Assembly (NCBI GenBank): GCA_036275695.1
Contig: DASUDI010000021.1
Coordinates: 5,311-69,310 of the forward strand
From: Minisyncoccota bacterium
GTDB taxonomy: Bacteria; Patescibacteriota; Minisyncoccia; Phycocordibacterales; UBA918
Length of the DNA: 64,000 bases
Direction of reading: 5' to 3'
In this document: positions 1-10,166 of the stretch, piece after piece
Numbering within the stretch: the first letter of the stretch is position 1
How the letters are laid out: each line of letters begins with the position of its first letter
Position numbers and translations under genes: made by a program
Notes under the pieces: generated by a model
Told to the model about the DNA's origin: nothing
The model's database searches: none
What the model saw: the letters and a program-made list of their open reading frames with translations, nothing else

Positions 1-71
1 AGACCACGAAGCAAAGCAGTTCGCTGATTGCGTGGTCGTCCAAATGTTCTGGTTTGTTTGTGGTGTCGCAT
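1..71 (-). CDS. rplQ: 50S ribosomal protein L17, 5' part (runs off window edge)
   Basis: Manual translation MRHHKQTRTFGRPRNQRTALLRGL matches the L17 N-terminus; directly downstream of rpoA. Confidence 0.93.
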   Translation of the reverse strand, partial: MRHHKQTRTFGRPRNQRTALLRG

Positions 72-73
72 AA

Positions 74-1042
74 TTATTCTTTAAATGAAATGTTCATACT
101 TGCAAGAAGTGACTCAATTTCTGCAAGTCCCTTGGGACCCATGCCTTCAAGTTCAAGGATGTCGTCTTTACGCTTCCGGACAAGACCGCCAAGCGTTCGA
201 ATGTTGGCATTTTCAAGCGCATTGAGTGTTCTGTTTGAAAGGTCAAGTGTTTCAATACGTGTTTTGAGTACATCGTTATCAATTGCGTCTTCGCCAGCCA
301 CATGAGTAACGGCTTCTGTTGTAACGGTCTGAGTTTCGGGCTGCTTGTGTGTCTCTTGAAATCCAATGATTGCTTTAAGTTGATGAATCATTATCTCAAT
401 TGAGTTTTCAAGCGCTTCACGTGCTGAGAGTGTACCGTCGGTCTCGACAAACATACGAAGTCGGTTGTAATCAGTACGATCGCCAACGCGCATATTTTCA
501 ACCTCGTAATTTACGCGTCGAATGGGGGTAAATACCGCATCAAGCGCTATGGTTCCAATCTCTACCTTATCTTTCTGATGAACTTCACGAGGTACGTAGC
601 CTAACCCTTGTTCGATAGTACACTCGATTGAGAGTGTTGTCTTGTCAGTTATCTCTGCAATTACTTGTTCAGGATTAAGAATGGTGATTTGGCTTGGGAG
701 TGTAAAGTCAGCAGCGGTAACCACTTTCGGACCCTGTACTTTGAGGTTTATGGTAAGCGCAGTATCGCTATGCATGTGAAGGCGAACGCGCTTAAGATTG
801 AGTAAAAGAGTGATACCGTCCTCTCTGACACCCTTAATGGTAGAAAATTCATGTTCGAGACCATCAATTTTTACTTGAGTTATCGCTGCACCTGGGAGTG
901 AAGAAAGAATAATGCGACGAAGTGAATTGCCTAGCGTGTGTCCATAACCTGGGTAAAGTCCGTCAATTTCAAAGATTCCAGAAAATTCCTCTTCTTTAAT
1001 AACGCGTGGCTTTGATGGTAGTGCTACATTTGTTTCAAGCAT
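74..1042 (-). CDS. rpoA: RNA polymerase subunit alpha
   Basis: GYGHTLGNSLRRIILSSLPG, DAVFTP, VGDRTDY and alpha-CTD motifs; start moved to ATG 1042 (MLETNV) to avoid overlap with rpsD. Confidence 0.97.
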   Translation of the reverse strand: MLETNVALPSKPRVIKEEEFSGIFEIDGLYPGYGHTLGNSLRRIILSSLPGAAITQVKIDGLEHEFSTIKGVREDGITLLLNLKRVRLHMHSDTALTINLKVQGPKVVTAADFTLPSQITILNPEQVIAEITDKTTLSIECTIEQGLGYVPREVHQKDKVEIGTIALDAVFTPIRRVNYEVENMRVGDRTDYNRLRMFVETDGTLSAREALENSIEIMIHQLKAIIGFQETHKQPETQTVTTEAVTHVAGEDAIDNDVLKTRIETLDLSNRTLNALENANIRTLGGLVRKRKDDILELEGMGPKGLAEIESLLASMNISFKE

Positions 1043-1067
1043 AATATGTTTATTATAGTAACTAATA

Positions 1068-1679
1068 TTATCGGCTGTAGTACTCAAGGACTTGCTGTGG
1101 ATCAAATACCGTTGCGGATGGTTCATACAGTGGCTCTGACTTCTTTTCACCAGATAGGTTTTTAATATCAAGTGTGAGCCAATTTGGTGCGGTGTATGTG
1201 GTAAGTGTCTCTTTTAAGGTGGTGAAGAGGGGTGACTCCTTACTCTGTTCACGCACAGACACCACGTCACCAATCTTAACTTTGTGCGAGGGGATATTGA
1301 GCCTTCGGCCATTGAGACAAATGTGGCCATGAGAAACCATCTGACGCGCAAGGCGACGTGTTTTGGCAAGACCAAGGCGATACACGACATTATCAAGACG
1401 TGACTCAAGACGCGCGATAAGTTGGCTAATAGGTTGATGCCCTTGTGCAAATGCATCATGCACGTACCGTGAAAGTTGTTTTTCAGAAATGCCGTACGAG
1501 AAACGCATTTTTTGCTTCTCAATCAACTGTTTCTTGTAATCAGACGCACCACCAGGACGTTTACTTGACTTATTGCGAGCTGAACGTGCCTCAGAAAGCG
1601 CAAATTTTTGTGTTTGCGTTTTTTCAAAAATAGGAGCGCCGAGCCGCTTTGCAATTTTATATTTTGGACCAATGATCAT
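1068..1679 (-). CDS. rpsD: 30S ribosomal protein S4
   Basis: LESRLDNVVYRLG and ARQMVSHGHI motifs; alpha-operon position. Confidence 0.97.
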   Translation of the reverse strand: MIIGPKYKIAKRLGAPIFEKTQTQKFALSEARSARNKSSKRPGGASDYKKQLIEKQKMRFSYGISEKQLSRYVHDAFAQGHQPISQLIARLESRLDNVVYRLGLAKTRRLARQMVSHGHICLNGRRLNIPSHKVKIGDVVSVREQSKESPLFTTLKETLTTYTAPNWLTLDIKNLSGEKKSEPLYEPSATVFDPQQVLEYYSR

Positions 1680-1696
1680 ATAAATTTCATTATTTA

Positions 1697-2125
1697 CTAT
1701 ACACGACGTGGCTTTGGAGCACGTGGACCGTTGTGTGGTACAGGTGTCATGTCAGAAATCTTAGTAATAGTAATTCCCTTTCCTGAAAAACCTCGAAGTG
1801 CGGATTCTCGACCAGCGCCAATACCTCGAATGATGACATTTGCATCCTTCATACCCATTTGAAGCGCCTTATCACCGATTATTTCACCCACCTTTGCAGC
1901 AGCGAAGGGTGTGCTCTTTCGTGAACCCTTAAAACCAATTGCTCCACTTGAAGCAGCGATGAGCGTATTACCCTTTGTATCACAAAGTGTAAGTAGTGTG
2001 TTGTTGAATGTTGCGAGGATGTTAAGCGTACCAGCGGCAACTTTCTTTTTTGGAATTCGCGCAAGTGCTTTTGAAGAAGCACTTGCGTCGCCTCCACCTT
2101 TTTTAATAATTCGTTTTTTTCCCAT
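1697..2125 (-). CDS. rpsK: 30S ribosomal protein S11
   Basis: GFKGSRKSTPFAA and TPVPHNG motifs. Confidence 0.97.
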   Translation of the reverse strand: MGKKRIIKKGGGDASASSKALARIPKKKVAAGTLNILATFNNTLLTLCDTKGNTLIAASSGAIGFKGSRKSTPFAAAKVGEIIGDKALQMGMKDANVIIRGIGAGRESALRGFSGKGITITKISDMTPVPHNGPRAPKPRRV

Positions 2126-2165
2126 ATTTTAAGTACTAAACAATAAAACAAGCGATTCCTAATTT

Positions 2166-2543
2166 CTAGGTCTTCTCTAGTTTTCGACGACCAGATCCCA
2201 TGGTCTTCTTAACGCCTTTAAGTGTGCGCGCGTTTGTTTTGGTGCGCTGACCACGTGCAGGAAGTTTTTTTGCGTGACGACTACCGCGGTACGATTGAAT
2301 ATCCTTAAGTCGCTTGATGTTCGATGATGTTGCGCGTTTTAGGTCACCTTCTATGGTAAATGATTCTACTTTTTCACGAATCGCATTCTCCTCTTCGGTA
2401 GAAAGATCAGTGACTTTTTTTCTAACGTCAATTTTGAGTTCAGAAAGAATTGACTGTGCCCTAGAAAGTCCAACTCCGTATACTGCCGTGAGAGCGTATT
2501 CGAGATGCTTATTTTCTGGGATGGTAATACCTGAAATTCTCAT
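2166..2543 (-). CDS. rpsM: 30S ribosomal protein S13
   Basis: MRISGI start, YRGSRH and RGQRTKTNART motifs. Confidence 0.97.
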   Translation of the reverse strand: MRISGITIPENKHLEYALTAVYGVGLSRAQSILSELKIDVRKKVTDLSTEEENAIREKVESFTIEGDLKRATSSNIKRLKDIQSYRGSRHAKKLPARGQRTKTNARTLKGVKKTMGSGRRKLEKT

Positions 2544-2545
2544 AA

Positions 2546-2662
2546 TTATCCTTGTCGTTGCTTATTGCGAGGTTTCTTCTTATTAATAACATAAATGCGA
2601 CCGCGTCTTCGCACTATCTTGTCGTCGGGACTTATTTTTTTGACTGATGATCGAACTTTCAT
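2546..2662 (-). CDS. rpmJ: 50S ribosomal protein L36, zinc-free (C-minus) type; absent from the ORF track
   Basis: Manual translation [38 protein letters not shown] (38 aa), between infA and rpsM. Confidence 0.95.
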   Translation of the reverse strand: MKVRSSVKKISPDDKIVRRRGRIYVINKKKPRNKQRQG

Positions 2663-2664
2663 AT

Positions 2665-2886
2665 TTATAAACGTTTAGCTATACGTGCTTTACCGCCGTA
2701 AGGTTCAGGAACCACACCTACTCTATCCCCCACAAGAACGCGTATTTTAAATTTACGCATTTTACCTGCAAGATATGCGAGTGTCGGCTTTTCTTCGCCA
2801 TCGAGTACAACACGAAAAAGCGCATTAGGGAGCGCCTCCTCTACGGTACCATAGACGAGATTATCTTTGTCTGATTTTTCCTGCAT
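2665..2886 (-). CDS. infA: Translation initiation factor IF-1
   Basis: [14 protein letters not shown] and [18 protein letters not shown] motifs; ATG at 2886. Confidence 0.95.
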   Translation of the reverse strand: MQEKSDKDNLVYGTVEEALPNALFRVVLDGEEKPTLAYLAGKMRKFKIRVLVGDRVGVVPEPYGGKARIAKRL

Positions 2887-2954
2887 CAAACGTGAGAAGT
2901 GTAACAAATTGTTTTTAAAACGTCAAGGCAAACTCAGTGGAATATCTATTTTCT

Positions 2955-4277
2955 CTATTGCATCTCTGTGATAACTTCAATTTCTTCTATATCATCAGGG
3001 AATGTGGTAGCCCAAAATGGTCGCACTACGGTATTTGCATTTTCAATTGATTTGTAATTTGAGAGGACTTGCGTTGAGTCAGTCTTGCGCTTCCCGATGA
3101 GGTCATTTTTAAGTTTTTGCTCGTCAAATTGCCAAATGACTTTTGTATTGCCTCTAAGGGTGAAATCGAGAGAATCAAGTGTCGAAATATCGAGTAAAGA
3201 TGTTTGGGGATCAGTGTACGAAAATACTAGAGATTTTGGATCACTGAGTGTGACGGGTTCATTATTATATTCAGGGACACCTAATTCTGCTAGGTACTGT
3301 GAAAACATATTTTCCTTAAATATTGGAGCGTGTAGTGTCGCGGTCTCTTTGATGGTTGCAAGTGTGTCACCATATTCTGTTGCAGGAAGTGAGGTAAAGG
3401 TAAAGGTTATGGCGTCATCATAGAGTAGAAAGCCAGCGGGTACCTTTTCTTTGATCTGAGTTAATAAAATATTACGTAACTCGACATGAAGTTCCTGTTG
3501 TGCAGTTTGAAGGTCTGTTGGATCAATGATGTACCGATCCCCCTCAAAGCCACCTGTAAATGCCGTTGTTGATTCGGCGTAGACGGCGTCAAACTGAGGT
3601 GAACCCTTGAGTCCCGGAACAGTAAAGCGTGTTGGTTGGATGTTGTACTTCTCTCCCACTTGGTCAGCAAAAACATCTACCACAATTTTTCCTGGTATGA
3701 CATCCTCCGCGCTTGCTGATGCGGCGGGCACTTCGATACTTTCTTTGATTCTAAAAATAAGTCCATCGGGTGACTCAAAACGAGTATTCGCAATAAGTTT
3801 CTGTGGTGAGCTATTGGTGTTGTAGACGAATATTTTTCCAGAGGCGGGAACCTTTGCTTCCTCTTTACCTTTTGCTTGCACTTGCTTTTCTGCGGAGGCA
3901 TCAAGAGTTAGTAATTCATAACTTAACTCGCCCGCCATGGGAGTTTTCTTGGCAGATATTTCTGATTGAACCGTAATTTCACGCACTTTTGGTTGTATCG
4001 TGATGGTTGCGCCACCAATAAGAATGTTGAAGAAATACGCTCCACTGATGATTAAAAGAGAAATAAGTGCAGTAAAAAAAGCACGCTTTTTCTTTACCTT
4101 ATTACCGTCAATGATATCTATCGTGTCGATATCAGATACCTGAGAGATTTCGGTAGGTGCTGGTCTTTGAATACGTGGAGAAATATCTGTCCGAGGTTGT
4201 GATGATGGCTGACGTACCTGTGTGGGGCGCTGTTGAGTTGCGGGACGAATATCTTGAAGATTCCATTTCTTTTGCAT
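2955..4277 (-). CDS. Bitopic membrane protein with baseplate-J/gp47-like extracellular segment
   Basis: Disordered N-terminus, one TM (FFTALISLLIISGAYFFNILIGG), then ASGKIFVYN..TRF..VFADQVGEKYNI..FTGG pattern recalled from baseplate-J-like proteins. Confidence 0.6.
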   Translation of the reverse strand: MQKKWNLQDIRPATQQRPTQVRQPSSQPRTDISPRIQRPAPTEISQVSDIDTIDIIDGNKVKKKRAFFTALISLLIISGAYFFNILIGGATITIQPKVREITVQSEISAKKTPMAGELSYELLTLDASAEKQVQAKGKEEAKVPASGKIFVYNTNSSPQKLIANTRFESPDGLIFRIKESIEVPAASASAEDVIPGKIVVDVFADQVGEKYNIQPTRFTVPGLKGSPQFDAVYAESTTAFTGGFEGDRYIIDPTDLQTAQQELHVELRNILLTQIKEKVPAGFLLYDDAITFTFTSLPATEYGDTLATIKETATLHAPIFKENMFSQYLAELGVPEYNNEPVTLSDPKSLVFSYTDPQTSLLDISTLDSLDFTLRGNTKVIWQFDEQKLKNDLIGKRKTDSTQVLSNYKSIENANTVVRPFWATTFPDDIEEIEVITEMQ

Positions 4278-4292
4278 ACGTTTATTATAATA

Positions 4293-5489
4293 CTATTCGG
4301 GGTCATTAATGTCGGTACATCCGTGAAGTTTGTGGAAAAAGCGAGCTCCGAGTGCGAGATACGGATCGGGTGTGGTGCCGGGCATAACCGCGCGCATGGT
4401 TTCTTCGGTGACCGTGTGTATTGTGAAATTTGAAAAATTCATTTCAGATAACGTATCTGAAATGATTGTCTGGCACGCGTTGTAAAAATGAGGGGGAGTG
4501 ATAAGAATGAAATTTTTAGGAAGCACATGCTGCTCCTGCATTGCTTCTAATGCGTCTACAATGTTTTTGCGGTATTCTGCAACTGCGCTACCAAGTGGCG
4601 TCTCATCTGAGCACGTGGTACTTGTGTACTCACTAAATTGACGTTCTAAGTCTGAAATAGGGTTACCACGGGCTCTTGAAACAGCACGAAGTGTGGTGTT
4701 TATTCCCCAAGGAACGTATGAGTTATCGATGAGTAGATTACGTTCCACAAAGCCAAATTCCGTTGCCTCTCCTGTGATGTCAATGATACAGGCGGTGTGA
4801 ACATTGGGAAAAATATCGCGCAAAATACAGTATGTGACAAGCATGGTTGTGTGCGCATTCATGATCGCCTTTGGAAATATTTTTTCATGCGCTTCTTCAG
4901 CAGCATCAAGAAGTTCCTGTGGAATGATGCCAACCACATGAGATAAGGATAAGGTCTTCCCCGTTAGTCCAAATGGTGATGAGACTGCATAGCCATTAAT
5001 AGTGGTATCGACGGTTGCACGTTCGACAATTTGATATGTTTTGTGCTCATCATGTGTCACCGCAACATGTTCGAGGATGTCACGCTCAACGCTATTGACG
5101 AGATCAGTGATGATAGATTTATTTATCTTAAAATCAGTGTCGTTGTTGTATTGGGCACTTCGCGCGATGGTGAGCGCCCATGGTGATGAACAGGTAATAA
5201 ATATCTTTGATATCTCTGCGTGTTCATCGATGTGACGTAGCGCATTCAATCCATCACTGGAAAGCATGAGTGATGCTGAGAGCAATGCCTCACGTACTCT
5301 TCGTGTATCAAGGATATCGCTCATCGTGTAATGTGCTGTTTGCCGAAAAGGTATGCGCTCGGTATACACAATGCGTGGGAGAGGCTTCTGTGGATCAGAA
5401 AGTAGTATTGCAATACCTATTGAGCCTGATGATATATCAATAAGCGCACCATATTGCGCATCATCGTGTTTTTTACCCCAAAAGAGCAT
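4293..5489 (-). CDS. FtsA/PilM-like actin-fold protein
   Basis: Two phosphate-loop-like motifs (LIDISSGSIG and IIDITGEATE) plus TINGYAVSSPFG; start ATG 5489 lies 6 nt after a TATAAT box. Confidence 0.65.
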   Translation of the reverse strand: MLFWGKKHDDAQYGALIDISSGSIGIAILLSDPQKPLPRIVYTERIPFRQTAHYTMSDILDTRRVREALLSASLMLSSDGLNALRHIDEHAEISKIFITCSSPWALTIARSAQYNNDTDFKINKSIITDLVNSVERDILEHVAVTHDEHKTYQIVERATVDTTINGYAVSSPFGLTGKTLSLSHVVGIIPQELLDAAEEAHEKIFPKAIMNAHTTMLVTYCILRDIFPNVHTACIIDITGEATEFGFVERNLLIDNSYVPWGINTTLRAVSRARGNPISDLERQFSEYTSTTCSDETPLGSAVAEYRKNIVDALEAMQEQHVLPKNFILITPPHFYNACQTIISDTLSEMNFSNFTIHTVTEETMRAVMPGTTPDPYLALGARFFHKLHGCTDINDPE

Positions 5490-5559
5490 AGGCTCATTAT
5501 ACCTCATGCCACGTATGATTTGTATGTATATATGGGAATACGGATGAGTAGCGGCGTGT

Positions 5560-7503
5560 TTATGAAAGCACAGCCTTTATGCGACGAATCCCTCGTGCTG
5601 ACGACTCTTCTTTAATAATTTTGAATGTGCCCGTAATAAGTCCCGTCTCCTCGACATGTGGACCGCCACATAATTCTCGTGAATATACCACACCGTCAGT
5701 GTCAGTAATAGTATACACCTTTACAGTATCTGGATATTTGTCCCAGAAACTTCCCTCAATGCTTGAGTCGTTTTGCGCCTCACTTTTGGGAATGGTTTCA
5801 ATTGATACCCGCGCTTGTTTCTGTATGGCATTATTCACATAGGATTCGACGCGGGTAATGACATCAGGGGCAACTTTATCATCGTGAGTAAAATCAAAAC
5901 GAAGGCGTTCGCTGGTGATATTTGACCCCGCTTGATGTACGTGGCTCCCTAATTCTTTTCGCAATCCCGCAAGAAGGAGGTGTGTCGCAGTATGGTACAT
6001 GACCACTTTTTCTGAGTGATCAGCAAGTCCGCCTTTGAATTTTTGCTCGGAGCCCGCTCTTGATGTCTCTCGGTGTTTTTCCATGAGTGACTTAAATTCG
6101 TCTATGGCAACGGTCATGCCCCGTTCCTTCGCGATTTCAATGGTGAGTTCAACGGGAAAACCGTACGTCGTAAACAAGTTAAATGCATTTTCGCCCGTTA
6201 TAAAACGAGCTTGTTGTACCTCACGCGATGAATCCTTCACTACCACATTTCCTTCACGTTTCACGGGCACAGTAAGCTTGATTGCTATTTTATTAAACTC
6301 TTTGAGTCCGTTTTCAAGTGTTTTTCTGAACTGCGTTTCCTCACCAATGATGCTATCAATAATATCAGACTCACGTTCTGTAAGGGTGGGGTAGTGATTT
6401 TTGTAGTGCGCAATAACCGTGCGCGCGAGCGATGCAAGTTCATGGTGTGGTATGCCAACAATATCTGCGTAGCGTACCGTACGCCGTAGGAGTCTGCGTG
6501 TAAAATATCCCTGATCAGTGTTGCTTGGGTACACTCCATCAGCAATCATAAATACAGCCCCACGAATATGATCAGCAATGATGCGAAATGCCTGTGTGTG
6601 CTCTGAATACTTCTTACCCGTTAATTTTTCGATATGCTCGATGATTGCATAGAGCGTGTCAATCATAAATACGTCAGCATTGTTGTTTGCTGCCGCGGTA
6701 ATGCGCTCCAATCCCCCTCCAAAATCGACATTTTGCTTGGGAAGTTTTGAAAAAGTGCCGTCCGCGTTCTTGATGTATTCAATGAATACATTGTTGCCAA
6801 TTTCGATGAAACGACCACAGTCACAGTTTGGGTGACAATGCTCCCCATAGGCTGTGTCATGCGGTATTCCAAAGTCATAAAACATTTCTGTATCAGGACC
6901 ACCTATTTCACCAACCGGCATGTTGTCGGGTATACCCGCGCGTGACCACCAGTTCTTTTTTGCGTTGTAGTAAAATATGCGTTCACCTTCACGCATGCCT
7001 CGCTTACTCCCCTCTTCCTCGGTGCCAATGTCAGCGGCTATACACGAAATACCACGCTCAGCAAAAAGTTTCTGCCACAATTCAGCCGAAACAGTATCTT
7101 TAGGTACTCCGGTGTGATTGTCGCCAATAAATGCACTTACATAGAGGTTTTGGGGATTAAGTCCAATTTCATCAATGAGAAATTGAAACATCCACGGTAT
7201 TTGTTCCTCCTTAAAGAAGTCACCAAGTGACCAATTTCCAAGCATTTCAAAAAAAGTAGTGTGGCGATTATCCCCAACGTCCTCAATATCTTCTGCACGA
7301 AAACATTTTTGAGAATCAGTGAGTCGTGTACCCATAGGGTGTGTCTCCCCCATGAGAAAAGGCACAAGCGGCTGCATACCACTTCCCGTGAAGAGTGTCG
7401 TAGGGTCATTTTCGGGTACGAGTGAAGATGAGGGAATAATTACGTGTCCCCGCTTCTCCATATACGCAAGAAAGCGGGCGCGAATGTCATGTGCTGATAT
7501 CAT
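5560..7503 (-). CDS. alaS: Alanine--tRNA ligase (short form)
   Basis: DPTTLFTGSGMQP, HTTFFEMLGNWS, editing-site HTATH and ELCGGPH, GIRRIKA. Confidence 0.95.
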   Translation of the reverse strand: MISAHDIRARFLAYMEKRGHVIIPSSSLVPENDPTTLFTGSGMQPLVPFLMGETHPMGTRLTDSQKCFRAEDIEDVGDNRHTTFFEMLGNWSLGDFFKEEQIPWMFQFLIDEIGLNPQNLYVSAFIGDNHTGVPKDTVSAELWQKLFAERGISCIAADIGTEEEGSKRGMREGERIFYYNAKKNWWSRAGIPDNMPVGEIGGPDTEMFYDFGIPHDTAYGEHCHPNCDCGRFIEIGNNVFIEYIKNADGTFSKLPKQNVDFGGGLERITAAANNNADVFMIDTLYAIIEHIEKLTGKKYSEHTQAFRIIADHIRGAVFMIADGVYPSNTDQGYFTRRLLRRTVRYADIVGIPHHELASLARTVIAHYKNHYPTLTERESDIIDSIIGEETQFRKTLENGLKEFNKIAIKLTVPVKREGNVVVKDSSREVQQARFITGENAFNLFTTYGFPVELTIEIAKERGMTVAIDEFKSLMEKHRETSRAGSEQKFKGGLADHSEKVVMYHTATHLLLAGLRKELGSHVHQAGSNITSERLRFDFTHDDKVAPDVITRVESYVNNAIQKQARVSIETIPKSEAQNDSSIEGSFWDKYPDTVKVYTITDTDGVVYSRELCGGPHVEETGLITGTFKIIKEESSARGIRRIKAVLS

Positions 7504-7544
7504 GGTGATAACTATACAAGAAAGAATAATATTTTCTAGGGCTA

Positions 7545-8834
7545 CTACTCAGACACTTCTGCGGTTGGGAAAAGTTTCGCGAGGTCATTTTTAACCGTTA
7601 GAATAGGTCCCGCGCCACATATGATAAGTGCGTCAGGTGAGAGATATGTTTGCAATGCTTTGTGTACCTGCTCACACGTTAAAGCGGTGAGTGAACGCTT
7701 AAACAGTGTAAATGCATCCTCAGAAATACCGGTTTTGTACCGAGTGTGTGCTTCTGCTACTTTCTTTATGAGACTATCTTCAATCAGGGTATACCGTGTA
7801 ACGAGAATTTGTTTAAAACGATTGAGTTCTGCCTCTGTAATACCCTCTGTATGTATGGCGCGTATTTCACGAAGCGTCGAAGTAATGCCACGAATCGTGT
7901 CACGTGGACTAAAAAAGGTCATAATGCGCCATACGCCAGTTTCTTGGCTTGTGAGCGATTCAATACGTGCGTAAATCCCATACGTAAGACCTTCCTTTTC
8001 TCGTACGGTACTCATAAGTCTTCCGGTAAATCCACCGTAGAGTCCCAGTACACTTATGCCAAACAGTAACGCGGGGTAATCGTGATGAGTACGTGTAATG
8101 GGGATTGTGCCACCAATACTAAACTCTATATTTTGCTTACTGGGAACATGGCGGAGTGTGATGTTTGTCTCAGTATGTGACTGTATATCACGTGGTGTAT
8201 ACCATAAAGTATCCCCACTGATTTTTCTCGGGTGAATATGTGTAAGCTTCTTTTGAATTCGTGCGAGAGTTGCACTTTTTCCGCCAGCGGTATAGTGCCA
8301 GGGACAAGAAAGGAGTATCGCGTGCAACGTCCGTATATCTGAAACAGTGACGCGCGAAATTTCTGTAATTAACGCATCAATATCGAAGACAGCCCTTCTA
8401 TCATCAGGAGTAAATGATGCCTGCGCGAATAAGCGGTATGCATGAGATCGCGCGTCCTCTTTCGAGTCAGTGAGTGTGTTTGTGAGTAGTGTTTTAATTC
8501 GTTTCAATTCGTGTTGAGGAAATGTCGGTTCAATAAGCATTGCTTCAATGAGCGCAAGAACTTTCGGTACGGTTGAGTCTGTTGTCTGCATAATTACATC
8601 AATGTACCCAGCATCAAGTGATACTGAAATATCTGCCCCTAAAACTCCAAGTGCGTTTTGAAATTGCTCTCGTGTATGCATGCGGGTTCCAGCAGTAAGC
8701 AGTTCGCAATATACGAGACGACGAGCATGCTCCCGAGCACTATATGGTGTGAATGCGCGTATCGAAAGTATCATTGTGGTGAGATGTTCGTATTCACGGA
8801 CAATGTGTGTGTGGGTGAGTTTCTGTGTTTCCAT
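7545..8834 (-). CDS. M16 peptidase-like subunit, non-catalytic
   Basis: GGFTGRLMSTVREKEGLTYG motif, no HxxEH; paired with the upstream M16 gene. Confidence 0.8.
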   Translation of the reverse strand: METQKLTHTHIVREYEHLTTMILSIRAFTPYSAREHARRLVYCELLTAGTRMHTREQFQNALGVLGADISVSLDAGYIDVIMQTTDSTVPKVLALIEAMLIEPTFPQHELKRIKTLLTNTLTDSKEDARSHAYRLFAQASFTPDDRRAVFDIDALITEISRVTVSDIRTLHAILLSCPWHYTAGGKSATLARIQKKLTHIHPRKISGDTLWYTPRDIQSHTETNITLRHVPSKQNIEFSIGGTIPITRTHHDYPALLFGISVLGLYGGFTGRLMSTVREKEGLTYGIYARIESLTSQETGVWRIMTFFSPRDTIRGITSTLREIRAIHTEGITEAELNRFKQILVTRYTLIEDSLIKKVAEAHTRYKTGISEDAFTLFKRSLTALTCEQVHKALQTYLSPDALIICGAGPILTVKNDLAKLFPTAEVSE

Positions 8835-8843
8835 GATTATTGA

Positions 8844-10166
8844 TTATTTTGTAGGAATATTCGTGCCGATAAATGAGCCAATGGTGAGCACATCTTCTGC
8901 GAAGAGTGTTTGAATCCTTGTGAGAATTTCCTTTGCGGTAATGTGTCTGAGTATATCTTCTGTTTCGTAAAAATGTTCCCACGCATCCGCACTCATATAT
9001 TCAACTAATTCTTGCGCGATACCAAGACTGCTCGAGCGAGTGATGTATTCAGCGGTAATACTGCGCGCGATAACTTTTTTGAGGTGTGGCTGTATATCAG
9101 CAATGGTGAGAGTATCCAGAATTTTTCGTATTTTCGCGTAAATTTTTTTGTGATTAGTTTTCTTAGTGAGATGCACGGTAAGCATGCCAACATTCGTATC
9201 ATATGTTGGTTCGAGCATGGTAGAGACTGCTGAGGCAAGTCCTGTATCGACAAGTTTCTTGTGTAAAATACTATCCTCTTCTCCCGCAAGAATGGTCAGC
9301 GCAGTCATAGTTTCAAACCAAGATATGTGGGGAAAGCCGTCGTGTCGAAACGCAAGAGAAAGTATATTCTTTGTAGAATTTCGTTTAATGCTCACGGTAC
9401 GCACACCTTCTTGTTTTGGCTCGTGAATTGAAAGTCTTGATATTGTTTTTGTTGAGGAAGTAAGATGGGCAAAGTGCTCAATGACCACGTGCTTCATAGT
9501 CGATTCAGAAACATCTCCAACAATGATGAGGGTGGCGTTATTGGGGACATAGTATGTATTGTAGAATTGCGTTAACTTTTCACAGGTATACGATTCTATA
9601 TCTTCACGATAACCAATAGTTTCATGTCCATACGGGTGCGTGTGGAGTGCGGTACCAACTATACCCACTGAAAGAGCAAAATCTTCATCACCCGCGTACA
9701 TATCATATTCGCTGAGTACATTTGCTCGCTCTGGAAGAAATTCAGCGTCTGTGAGCACCATGTCTCGCATGCGCTCTGCTTCAATACGAAGCGCTCGACT
9801 AAAATGGTGTTTTGGATATGAAAAATAGTAACAGGTACGATCCTTCCATGTATTTGCGTTAAGTGTGATTCCTGTTTCTCGCTCAAATTGCATTGCGCTC
9901 GAATCTATCCCCGCGTCAATGTCGTGTTTTGTGGGTTTAAAGAGCATATGTTCGAGCATGTGTGCGATTCCGGTTTCACCACGATTTTCATCACGTGAGC
10001 CGACTTTATACATAATATTTGAGGTAATGATACCTGTTTTTGGCATATGCAGAAAAAGTACTTGCAAGCCATTGGTGCTCAATGTGTATAACGAGAGTGA
10101 GCCAACACTTTTTTGTAATGACAATACTGGTTTTTTAGTACGTTTCGGATTGTTCTTTGATGTCAT
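8844..10166 (-). CDS. M16 family zinc peptidase, catalytic subunit
   Basis: VGSRDE..GIAHMLEHMLFK (HxxEH), NANT, HPYG and YVPNNA motifs; start ATG 10166 chosen. Confidence 0.88.
   Translation of the reverse strand: MTSKNNPKRTKKPVLSLQKSVGSLSLYTLSTNGLQVLFLHMPKTGIITSNIMYKVGSRDENRGETGIAHMLEHMLFKPTKHDIDAGIDSSAMQFERETGITLNANTWKDRTCYYFSYPKHHFSRALRIEAERMRDMVLTDAEFLPERANVLSEYDMYAGDEDFALSVGIVGTALHTHPYGHETIGYREDIESYTCEKLTQFYNTYYVPNNATLIIVGDVSESTMKHVVIEHFAHLTSSTKTISRLSIHEPKQEGVRTVSIKRNSTKNILSLAFRHDGFPHISWFETMTALTILAGEEDSILHKKLVDTGLASAVSTMLEPTYDTNVGMLTVHLTKKTNHKKIYAKIRKILDTLTIADIQPHLKKVIARSITAEYITRSSSLGIAQELVEYMSADAWEHFYETEDILRHITAKEILTRIQTLFAEDVLTIGSFIGTNIPTK

Noticed and set aside
2955-4277. Prophage or contractile injection system suggested by the baseplate-J-like motif
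   Set aside because: The protein is membrane-anchored, flanked by housekeeping genes, with no sheath, tube, capsid or integrase nearby
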